Assembly: GCA_951406725.2 (NCBI GenBank)
Contig: OX597814.1
Coordinates: forward strand, 175,212,001 to 175,276,000
DNA from: Octopus vulgaris
Taxonomy: Eukaryota
Direction: 5' to 3'
Length of the DNA: 64,000 nucleotides
The notes under the pieces were generated by a model. The model searched no databases. It was not told the origin of the DNA and saw only the letters and a list, made by a program, of their open reading frames with translations. Positions 1 through 12,127 of the stretch are shown here, in pieces. Position 1 is the stretch's first letter. Every line of letters begins with the position of its first letter. The translations under genes and the position numbers were made by a program.

Positions 1-549
1 GGTTCTTGTTTTTAGATAAATGAAAATTATTAAGAAATCTGTCTTCGTATTATTCATTAGAAAGTCTAATATAACTCTACATTGAAAGCCTTTGTGGTTA
101 ATTCATGCATAATCCTTCAAAATTTAAGGTAAAATGGAAAAAAAAAAATACAGGAGCAATAACTTTTGCATATTTTTAAGAAGTTTTCTCTCTCTAAATG
201 TCTCCATTATGAGAGCTCTCTCTTGCATTGCAAGCTGCAAGGTAAACCCACTAGTGATGATGCCACAAATAGCACTCAGTAGGCATATGTTATGTTTTTA
301 TGCATGTTTTTCCATGATTGTATGGACTAGGTGAATATATTATTATGGAATTGTTTTCCTGTTGCCAACACCTTTATCTCTTTTTCAAGTAATAAATTTT
401 ATTTTTCACACTTTCGAAAGTACAAAGCAAGGTAATTTGATAGTTACAACACCACCACCACTTGTAGCTTGTGACTTGTATAGAATGCAAATGTAAACAA
501 CATGGATAGGGGAAACACACATGTTATGTATATGTGTGTGTCAAATTTC

Positions 550-1001
550 TCTTTTACTTGTTTCAGTCACTTGACCGTGACCATCCTGGAGCACCACCTT
601 TAGTCGAGCAAATCGACCCCAGGACTTATTCCTTGTAAGCCTAGTACTTATTCTATCAGTCTCTTTTGCCAGACTGCTAAATTACGGGGATGTAAACACA
701 CCAGCATCGGTTGTCAAGCAATGTTGGGGGGATACAGATACTCAAACATATACACACACGTACATATATATACATGCATAAATATATACGACGGGCTTCT
801 TTCAGTTTCCGTCTACCAAATACACTCACAAGGCTTTGGTCGGCTCGAGGCTATAGTAGAAGACACTTGCCCAAGATGCTGTGCACTAGGACTTGAAACA
901 AGACTTGTTTCAAGTCCTAGTGCACAGCATCTTGGGCAAGTGTCTTCTACTATAGCCTCGGGCCAACCAAAGCCTTGTGAGTGGATTTGGTAGACGGAAA
1001 C
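550..1001 (-). mobile_element. CORE-type tRNA-derived SINE with fold-back duplication
   Basis: Matches the full-length SINE at 29126; 805-902 is inverted at 904-1001. Confidence 0.8.
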
Positions 1002-4000
1002 ACTAATCTACCTTCATGAACTTTACAATTTTTGCATTATATGTGTGAGACACATCAGGACTCGGTTTCATATCTAGGGGTCTAGGATTTTGAAATATCA
1101 AAAACACCTATGAATTGTTTTCTTATGAAGTTTTTAGTATTGCATTCTGCATTTGAAGATCTGATAAGAAACGTAACTCATTACATATCGATTTTTTCAT
1201 TGTTTGAAGTAAGTTATTTCCCTTAGGTTGATTAAAATATATTTCAAGTTAGACTTACAAAGTATGGCAAGGTTAAGGGAGGTGTTTCTGTAACTGCGAT
1301 GTAGTAAAAAGTAAGAAATATAATGAACTACAAGATAAATGAATTGCTGGCAAGGATTGACACTATAAGACTATAGGTAAAGTAAATGAGATAACAATAT
1401 GTGGGTATAATTGAAGAAAATTTGAACAAAGATTTGTCAACTATACTTTTTCCTTCAGAAATTTAGCAAAGAGAAATGCAAGCAAACTATCCTATTACAT
1501 CTGTTGTTTGAATGGAGTAGCGTTCTACTCCATTCTTCAAGAGCTGCAGACAAAACAAATAGTACAAAAAGCTGTGTGTTATGCACTGCTTAAAAGAGCC
1601 TCAGGATATGTGGATTTAAGATTCTTGAATATCTGTCAGCTCAGAGATCATCACCAAATGTTGCCACTTTAGTAAATATTTTATCACAAGGCTTTGGTTG
1701 GCCCAGCATTATAGTAAAAGATACTTGCTCAAGGTTCTGTGCAGTAGGACTGAACTTGAAATATCTACACTATCGTATATACAATACTGAAAAGAATTGG
1801 AATTTTGCATATTGATGGAGGATAAGGGACTATGAAATTCTGTTTTCTGCTTATCAAATATTGTGAAGAGGTATTACTACATTTATAGTTATTGTTATCT
1901 GAGTTCCAGTATATGTGCAATAAGGCTTGTTTATGTAATTTTATATCCGCAGCTGGTGAACAGTGCTTATTGGACCTCCAGGAGATCAAACACCAGTACT
2001 TATTGCAAATCCACGTGGAACTTCATAAAGCATTAGTTTTTCAGTTACCTTACAGATATACACCTGTATAGTCTCTATCTACCAGATTCCACTTACAAGG
2101 TATTGGTCAACTCAAGGCTATAGTATGTGCTGCACAGTGGATTCAAATTCAGAATCACTTCTTGTGAAGTAAATTTCTTGACCACAGAGTCATACATGTA
2201 AACATTGATTTTTGACTGATGAATTTAAGGGTCATTATAGTTATATTATAGTCTGATTTGACAGTTTATTGAAATATCATTTAATGTTAATTGGTTCATA
2301 CATTATCTGTGCTACACATCATCTCTTCAGTATACAGTTTGATTCCACTGGTTAGAAAGTGTTCTTGCAATAGACTATTATCATTTGCTTTCTTCTCTTT
2401 TACCTATTCTGGTTTGGTTATATCTTAAGAAATTTGTTTTGCCTTGAGATACTCTATCGTCTTGTAATTATCTTGATAAGTAGGTGTTTCCACTGTTTAC
2501 ATCAGAAATCACAATGAAATGGGGATAATGAAAAATATTACCAGTTAGCTCACATTATACAACAATTGCAACATGGAAGGTGTTTATAAGCCATTTAAAA
2601 CACACACAAAAACCGTTAGATTCACTTCCACATATTTAATTTGCCGAAATATTTTTGTGTTTTATATGGCTTATAAACATCTTCCACACTGCAATTGTTT
2701 TTGTTTCAGCACACGATCTCCGATCAGGTGACGTGCTATGCAAGTGCATCACATACAGCAATTGAAGAAACAAGGGAGGCAACTCGAAACGTTTTCATTT
2801 ATTAAGCTTCATTAGCAGATGTATTGTTGCTATTGCATCTGGTTTGCTCTCCAAAATGTTCATAAAAAAAAAAAAATTCTATATAGCAATGATATTAATT
2901 GGATATTTCATTATAAAAGGGGCACTGATCATATATTTAAGTAAACGGGAAAAGGTGTATTATCTGAACTGATTCTTTTTCTTTTTTCAATTCCCCCACA
3001 CATTTCTCTCAATAGATGGTTAGTAATAGTGTTGATGGTGGCTGCATTGAAACTAGTTGGTTCTGAAACAATCTTGCAGTCCCATATATTTGACATTAAT
3101 ATATAAAATTGTTTGTATTGGCTTTATTTAGTTGAATGTTTACTTTTTTTTGCCTTCTACACATGCAGTGAAGATTATAGCAGCAATCACTACCGAGAGA
3201 GCTAATTAAGTATGAGTGCATTAAAGATTTTGTTTCTTTTGTAATTTAAAAAAATTGTATGGAAAATAGTATGTGGATTAACTTTCATAGTTTTAATATT
3301 TTATATTTAATTAAAATAAGTTGCTCAGTTGGATTTGGTTTAAAATATTTCAGTTTAGTGATTAAATACCAAAATACCAAGTGATCATTTCAAACTATAC
3401 ACATTGAAAAACAGTTCATTTCATAAAAATAATAATCCGTTGCCAAAAAGCTTAAAATACTTTTTCCAAATGTGTCATTTTCTAGACTTGGGCTAATGTA
3501 TTGGGCTGGTGCATAATTATTGTGGCTTTTTTCTGCAAATTTTATTCAACAAAAGCAATAATATTTAACAAAAACATCTTTAAATGACGGTCTGACTGTC
3601 TGCCAAGCAAATGGGAAGCAGTAATTGAAGTAGATGGTGAATATGTTCTGGAATAATCATTAAAAGATGTTTTTGTTACATGTTGTTTTTGTTGAATAAA
3701 ATTTGTTGAAAAAAGCTTGGATAATTTGTTTACCTTCTCCATAATTTAGGTGGCAGCTCCTCTGTAGTCTCTCTGTTGAGATATTATCTATACCATAATA
3801 CTGTTCTGTTCTTTTGTAGCTTTAGAGCCTTTAGTATCTTAAGTACTGAATACATTTTTGTAAGGAATAAATGCTTAATCGCAAAGAAAATTCTTAAAAT
3901 AGTCACTTAGTTTTTTAAAATATTAAGATATAATCTTATGGTAAATTAGAGATTCCTGTGGTAAGGCAAGCTTGAGGAAGAATCAGAATATCACGTATTA

Positions 4001-5267
4001 TTATATCAAATCTTCTAAATAGTTGCGTTTATTATATTACTCATCAATTACTAATTGGGCTCTGTTCATTAATTGTGGAGAATTGAGATTTTTAATGTTG
4101 CGAGGACTTAATTGTCAAAAAAGATCACATTTTATTTTGAAATTCTTGTGTGTTAAGTGATTTTGCTCATTTTCTACAACTACAGGTTTAATTTGTCCAA
4201 CACTTTGTATTTCTTCAATTTGTTGATTTTGTAAACTGCTGTAGTCAATCCATCTGCCTTTTATGCTGCCGTTATGTCTTGTCATGCTCTTATTACTAAA
4301 AATAACTTTCTGTAATGTTTTGTTGTTGCATGTTTTCCAGGTCTTGCACTGTGCCAAGATATAATTTATAAAAAAAGGTTGGGGCGGGAAGCATAGGACA
4401 TAATATATTAGTGAAAATGTAATTGAAAATAGAATGTGGCAGATATTTGGCATCTCTTATTCTGCGACTATTGAGATGTTTCCTTTTGAATTAACACTTT
4501 AAATCTAAATAACATTATCCTACTACAACCACATCACAAGGAGTAAAACATAGTTTAAAACACATTAAGTGCTGCAATATAGAAGTTTATGGGGATGGGG
4601 AGGTGAAATGGTCAAAGTATTGGATAAATATCTCAGGCATTGAGCATCATCTTCATGTTAATTTGTCTCACCTTTTACTGTTGAAAAAATGACTGATTTA
4701 TAAAATTACATGTTCTTTTAGTGGTTTCAGTCATTAGACTGTAGCCATACTAGGGTACCACCTTCAAGGGTTTTAGCTTATCACATCAATCTCATATTTG
4801 TATCAATTTGTATTTACTGAATCACTAAGTTGCAATTTTTTAACACATTACCAACAAACAGATGCACTTCTTCACTGTAATTTGTTTACTGAATTCTGCC
4901 TACAAGATATTGTTCAGTCTGAGACTATAGTAGATCACATAGCCAAGGTGCCACACAATAGAATTCCACTTGGAACCACATAGTTACAAGGTGAATCTTT
5001 TAACTATATGGCTATGTTAATATATATATATATATATATATATATGCATGCATGCACATAGATGTTTTTAGGGAATATTTACTTCTCTATAGTCATGGAC
5101 TTATTTACATTGTTTCTGACCATGGCTAATTAGCTTATACAATTTGTAATATTTGATATAAAACTAAATTGTGATGTTTTTGTTTGCATGATTCTTATTG
5201 ATTGAAATTGATTGACATGGAATGTGGCTTTTTTTTAATATATATATATATATTTTTTTCCTTTCAG

Positions 5268-5393
5268 ACTCCCTATGAGGGTAGAATATATAATTTGAAG
5301 ATAGAATGTAGTCCTAAATACCCAGAAGAACCTCCTAATATTAAATTTCTCACAAGAATTAAGATAAATGGTGTTAATGATACAAATGGAGTT
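5268..5393 (+). CDS. UBE2V: Ubiquitin-conjugating enzyme E2 variant (UEV1/MMS2), penultimate coding exon; upstream exons lie outside the window
   Basis: tttcag|ACT...GTT|gtaagt; 126 nt, phase 0/0; [42 protein letters not shown] matches the UEV family (no HPN motif; Asp at the catalytic Cys position after splicing). Confidence 0.95.
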
Positions 5394-5847
5394 GTAAGTT
5401 TAAATTCTTTTTCACTAATATTCTTTATGCTGTTCTTTGATTGTGATATAATGACCAGTTAAGCATTGCTTATTATTTTGTAAAATGTTGTTTGTGTACT
5501 ATTAGGTCAGCTCTGATTGAGCAGGCTTAAGTAGTTGGCTGCACAACTAGATTGCAATCTACAGATCTAGAGCTTTGACTATTCCCTACCACTGCATGAG
5601 GTATGGCATGTATGAGGGTCTTGCTGCACATTCTGACATGCAGGTGTTAATTGTACTTGGTGCAGTATTGCAGTATGGGCAGCTTGTGTCTAGTGTGTTT
5701 CTGTATGTTTAGATTCTGGTGGCTACCACACTAGATAGCAGTAAGCTGAAGTCTGTCTGTTTGTCTGGCAAGTGTCTTCTACTATAGCCTTGGACTGACC
5801 AAAGCCTTGTGAGTGGATTTGGTAGGTGGAAACTGAAAGAAGCCCGT

Positions 5848-5882
<35 letters not shown>

Positions 5883-7774
5883 ATGTGTGTGTCTGTGTTT
5901 GTCCCCCCAACATTGCTTGACAACTGATGCTGGTGTCTTGATACTTAACACTGGTGCCTATCAGCAGAGTATATGGGGCTAATGAAGCTGTTGATGCTAT
6001 TTTTTAATCTTTTTCCTGTCTTATTACTATGTGAGCGAAATAGGGTTCTAAGAATGATGTTATAGATATTTTTGCTTGTTTGGGAGTGTAGTAGCAGGGG
6101 CAGTGAAGGTTGGATCTCAGAGCTCACATAACCAAGTCTTCTATTTTTAGTATTTTTGTTTTGTTGTGCAGGTAGTTGGTTCTTGAGAAAATGAACTGTA
6201 GCTATGTCGGGTCACTGCCTTGAAGGGTTTAATTGAATAAATTGACACAGTACTTATTTTTTAAGTCTGCTACATATTCTATCAGTCTCTTTAGCTTAAC
6301 CATTAAGTTAGGACGTAAACAAACCAACACCAGTTGGGGTACAAAAACAAAGACATGCACACATGAATACACACACACACACACATATGATGGGTTTTTC
6401 TCAGTTTGCCTCTAACAAATCCAGTCACAAAGCTTTGGTCAATCCAGGGCTATAGTAGAAGACTCTTGCCAAAAGTGCTGTGCAGTGGAACTGAACCCAA
6501 GACCACATGGTTGGGAAGTAAGTTTCTTAACCACACAGCCACACCTGTGCCTGTATGTTTAATTTTTTTTAGTTTCGTTTAAGTGGTGAATATTTTTTTG
6601 TTGCCATTGTGTGTATAAATTCACTGTATAACTGCTAATGTTAGAAGGGAGATAATGGTAGCACTTCTGGCTTTTTATGGTCTAGGTTCATTTGTGTGTT
6701 TTGATATTTTGTGTGCATGTGTGTGTTGTTGGGTTGTAGTTTCATTTCAAAATAGTTTTTGTTTCATGCAGAGCCATCATGTGTTTGATGTATAATTGTA
6801 TGGTTTTTTCATGTTCAACTGCTATGACTTTCTGTGATAAATCTTTAACCACTAATCAGCCATCTAGCTGTGACCATACCATCTTTTCTGGTATATTATA
6901 TCCAGGACTGCATTATCTTGTAATTGCAGTCATTTTAAATACATTTGGATGAAGTTTGAAGGAAATTCAGCTTCTCTTTCTCATAGGTCAAAGGACTACA
7001 CAAGGGCTTCCTCATTGACTCGTATAAAAATATTTTATGAAATGTAGGCAAGTTTTATCATTTAAGAACTAACTAATGTAAAAATTATTGCTTGTGATTG
7101 CATAAGATTTTACACTAAATGTATTTGTAACCCTTTAAGCTCTGATCTCAAGATTCCTGATAGCAACTAAAATATTTTTGTGACTTAATATAAAGTGATT
7201 AACTGGTGCAAGAAAAATGCTTGTTAGTAGCAATCCTGTGATTGTACTTTTCCTTGCAAAACTTATACTTCTTTTGTTTTATATATTTGATTGTTATGGA
7301 AATCTTTTCATCTTTATCAGTCAAAAAATGCAGTTAGGATGTGAAAGAACCTTTTAAAAACACTCAAAGCTGTGTTAGTTCCACATAAAATTTATTTGAG
7401 GTGTCAACATTTTTGTCACATAATTGTAGATTTGATCATTGACACAGTTCCATCATCTGTGTCAGTGACTAGTTCACAGTTGTACGATGAAAATTTTCAT
7501 ATCACATTGATTATATTTAAATTTAAAAGGATTTTTTAACTGCTTTGTGACTCCTTAAATGACTCCTTCACTACATAGTTGCTTCAGTTTCAACACAATC
7601 TCAGATCAAGTCACTTGTTAGTCAGGTATAACTCAGAAACATTATTTTACAATTTTTAATTAATTTTTATCTAAATGTGGAAATTTCAAACTTTTAGTAG
7701 GTTATTGATTTATTAAAAAATATTCCACCAGTTCTTTTAATTTCGTTGTCTTCTCATTTGCCCTCGTTTTGCAG

Positions 7775-7921
7775 GTTGATCGGAAAAAAGTGTGTGTTCT
7801 TAATTGCTGGCAGAAAAACTACACAATCAAACATTTACTAACTGAAATAAGACAATTGATGTACATGAAGGAGAATCAGAAGTTATCACAGCCTCAAGAT
7901 GGTTCTATGTTCCAGAATTAG
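7775..7921 (+). CDS. UBE2V: UBE2V terminal coding exon
   Basis: ttttgcag|GTT GAT...CAG AAT TAG; VDRKKVCVLNCWQKNYTIKHLLTEIRQLMYMKENQKLSQPQDGSMFQN* matches the UEV C-terminus (W..Y.I...L...M...EN.KL.QP..G); in frame with the previous exon. Confidence 0.95.
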   Translation, partial: VDRKKVCVLNCWQKNYTIKHLLTEIRQLMYMKENQKLSQPQDGSMFQN

Positions 7922-10170
7922 CAATTTTTCTCTACCTCTCTTTTTACAAATCTAGCAGTGGGCTGAACGAAAATCTATTTCTACTACTATTACACAACAC
8001 CTATTATTTTTCTTTTCTTTCCCCCCAGCTGCAACCAACATCACTTAGCCTATCCACTTCCCCTCTGTTTCTTTCTCTTTCTCTGTCCAGTTGACTGATG
8101 TAGTTATGGTCACATTCCTGTTCCCTCTATCTTTACCAATCCTTTATTACCCCCTTTTTTTGAGGACCCATGACTAAAATTAAGTCTCTATTTGTTCCCT
8201 CTTTCAATAATGCCAAGAAAAGAAATTCTGTTAACATTATGGCTTGTCTCCATTATTATATGTCTAATTATTGCTTCTTTCTGGAGAATTTAATGAATTT
8301 ATGTGCATAATTACTGTGCACTAGGCAAACCAGTTTCAATATACCAGTAAAGTTTAAAAGATTAGAAGAAATATCTGAGTGTAACTATGACAATCTTTAT
8401 CTACAACAAAGTAATAATCCTCTTTCTCTTGATTTAAAAACAAAATCCTTTGTTCTTTCTTTAATCTAGTGATTCTGTTAAAGGCAGTGATCGGTAATTC
8501 TTGTGTAGGCTTTCTTTTTTTAAATTCTGAGCATTGCACACTCTGGATCACTTTAATCTTTTCTGGAATTTCTGGTCTTTAAAATGAAAGCAACTCTATA
8601 AGATAATCCATTTAAAAAAAATACTTTGTGAAAGATACTCTGAAAAGAAAAAAAAAATTTTTTTTTTATATTTTATATTTTGCAAATAACAATAGAAAAG
8701 TGTGAGGGCTGGATGAAAGCAAACCTTATTTTGTGAATATGTGCTTCAATTGCTTTAGAGATGGCTTACATTTTTTAGAGCCTAAAAACAGCACATTCAC
8801 TCTGGGAAAAATGAAGTTAATGAAATAAATTCAACTTTTCAAAGATAGTGGTTCGTTATATAAGTTATAATTAAAGATAGAAATATTTTTCTTTCTCTTC
8901 TTCTTCCTCTAATCAGCTTAGTTGTTGAAAAACACATAACTCCTGGACATTGTTATTCTGGACAAAAAGGAAGAAAGTCAAAACAGTTCTTTTATTTGTC
9001 CAATAATCTGAATCAATAAATTTGGTATAATAATAACTAATGAAAAGGAAAAAATCATTTTCTTTCAATAAAAATGGTTTACTGTTACTTCAGATTTAAA
9101 TGAAAAAAATATATTTTCCCTAACATTAATTTTGGCATTCATCTTTTCCTCTTGCTAATGCATTTTTGTGTTAAGTTCCAGGTGTTGACTTGGCAATCTC
9201 TGTACAAGTGGATAATAGCTGATGTAATTCTCAAATTAAAAATTATGAAGCATATAATCTCATGAGAATGTAAACGATTATAACATTGACATGTATATCT
9301 CCATAAACACTTTTTAATGCATATGAATGCATGTCCTAATGTGTAGATTTTCAATGCAGGAGTATTGCTTGTGTAGACGTGTAAATACACATCTTTAGAA
9401 ACATTAAATATATAGCCCTGTGCACTCTTCCATTTGTCAGCATTGATGTACATTTGTAAACTATATTGTTTGCCAAGGTGATTCATTTTATTGAGGATGT
9501 AGTAAGATCTAGAAAAATGTCATTTGTAACAGCTAAGTTAAAATGATTTCCTTTTTTTTTTTTCCATTTGTTTCCTAAAAAGAATACTAGGTTGGTCTGT
9601 TGGTTTCATATTTTATCTGAATGGACCTGTTAAAAGATATTTTTGCTTCGCTATCAAAAAAGCCACTGCAAATTTGGAGAACACTACCAAGACTCTTCTT
9701 CACTATGTTGGACTTGGCTTTTAGTAATTTTGATTACTCTTCCAAATAAAGCTTAAAAGAACTAAGTTTTGTACCTCATGTGTCAGTTTTTATCAAAATG
9801 TATCCTTGGTACGGCTACAACAGTTCTACCTACTTTTCAAGTTTAACTTTTTAGTTCTTACTATCTTAGTTTTTTTTTTTTTTTAACGATTAAGCAAGCT
9901 TTTTTTTTTTTTTAAATTAGATTTGTTTTGAATAAATTTATTTCTAGGTTTTCAAGAAATAAAATGTATGTCTTATAATTTGGAATAAACATACTGATAG
10001 TATTCTATAATGACTCTTGAGTAAAGCAATCTACTGCTGTTTCCCAGCTTTCTGTTTCTGTATGATGATGTTTTATGGAACATGTCATTTGATTAATTAA
10101 AACCTGTTGTTAAGCATTTTCTGTAGTTTGCATATTTAAAATTATCCTTTAAGGCAATATAATAAAAATA
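7922..10170 (+). other. Probable long 3' UTR of UBE2V with several AATAAA signals
   Basis: AU-rich, no recognisable TE; AATAAA near 8824, 9015, 9067, 9745, 9931, 9958, 9983, 10161; end point uncertain. Confidence 0.55.
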
Positions 10171-11108
10171 CAGTAAAAATATCAGGTTTTAATGTATGCA
10201 TGTATGGCACTCTGTATGGGACTTGTTTAACTGTCTTTTCTGTAGCCTTATTTTATTTTTGCTTTAGATTGTCAAGTACTTCATTTATTTGAATAGCTAA
10301 ATCTAATTTTTGTTGATTTTTTTTTTTTTATTTATAATAATCTTAGTTATCTATTATGGTTTCTAAAATCAGGTTGCTTGATATAAAGAGTTGTGATTTA
10401 TTGGAAATGGTCATTTGATGAATGACATCAAAATAAACATAGGAACTTTTTCAATCTCCTTGTTTTCTGATAGTTTTTTTTTTATTACACTTGTCATATA
10501 ATACAAGTATATACATCATTACAAAGAAATATGTTGTCATTACTTCCTAGTCCTTTCAATGAATTTTTTCGCAACTGTTCTCGAATTGAATCTTAGATGT
10601 TCAGTTGGCCAAATGAATCATTAGTAAGTAGTCGAGCTGCATAGATATTATATAACTAACATAGGAATTATGCCATTGTTCAGTATCCTGAAATCTATTT
10701 ATGTCTTTGCTTATTTTGGAAAGTATACAGTTTCATTGGTTTGATGTTTTATTATACTCTACTATCAAAACTTAAATTATTACCTTAAATATAATATATA
10801 TTAATCAGATGAACCTTTTTATAGATATTTTGCTGTATGTAGCAAAATCTTGATGATTGACTTATTGTGTGAGGAGTTGTGGGTGATATCTATATTCCTC
10901 AATTGAATGTTTGTAGAGATGAGTTTGGGAATTCTGGTGTTAGATTTTGATTGATATCAATGATCCTGTGTTAATTTATTTGGAAAATGACATCTTTACA
11001 TACCTGCTATTGTAAATTGACTTCTAATTTTTTAAAACTATTCCTTACCAACTTAACCCTCATATCGTGTTTACTATTTCAATATTTTGCTTTGATTTGC
11101 AAGTTATG

Positions 11109-12127
11109 TACAAGGTGTCTCAAAGGTCACTGAAGGGTTAAAATTTTTTAATAACTTCCTTAACTTTACAAATAAATGCATGAAATTTTGATACAATATC
11201 ATCATCATCATCATCGTTTAACGTCCGTTCTCCATGCTAGCATGGGTTGGACGGTTCGACCGGGGATCTGGAAAGCCAGAAGGCTGCACCAGGCTCCAGT
11301 CTTATCTGGCAGTGTTTCTACAGCTGGATGCCCTTCCTAACGCCAACCACTCCGTGAGTGTAGTGGGTGCTTTTCACGTACCAAAGGACATAATGGCAAT
11401 TAATATGCACAAGTCAAATTTTGCAACCCCACTACATCACATGAAAATGACATTGCTTAGATGGTAGCCATTTTTGGCTTCACATGCCTGTACTCTTTCC
11501 AAAACTTGCACCATAACACCCTCAAAAGTTTGACCTCACTTCTCTGATTTCTTTATTGATGTTCTTCAGTTGCACCAGGGTCTCTGGTTTGTTGACAAAC
11601 CCTCTCTTTCAGGCATCCCCACAAGAAAAAAATCCAGACTAGTTAAGTCTGGGGAACATGAAGGCTAGTTGACATTGACATAGAGGGAGATTATTCTCTT
11701 GCCAAAGCACTGCTGTAACAACTACATTGTTTCTCTTGAGGTATGAGAAGTTGTTCTACTTTACTGGAACCATGTGTGAGGTCTACTTTGAATGACCTTC
11801 ACATTCCCCAGACTTGACTAGTCTTGTTTATTTCTTGTTGGGATACCTGAAAGAGAGGGTTTACCTGAGATCCTGGTGCAACTGGAGAACATCAATAGAA
11901 AAATCAGAAGTGGGGTCTGAAACTCTTGAGGGTGTTATGGTGCAAGTTTTGGAAAGAGTATGGGTGTGCAAAGCAGAAAATGTGATGTAATGGTGTTGCA
12001 GAATGACTTGTGCATATTAATTTCCATTATGTTCTTTATACTGTATCAAAATTTCATGCATTTATTTGTAAAGTTAAGGAAGTTATTAAAAATTGAAACC
12101 TATCAGTGACTTTTGGAACACCCTGTA
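11109..12127. mobile_element. Palindromic non-autonomous Tc1/mariner (DD37D-like) derivative, left arm interrupted by a SINE
   Basis: TA-caaggtgtc...gaacaccctg-TA ends; both arms carry the SPDL..DFFLWG.LKERV transposase 3' relic in opposite orientations. Confidence 0.75.

Noticed and set aside
1053-1170. Minus-strand GAAAccgagTC half-hammerhead
   Set aside because: No CUGANGA half found at a compatible position
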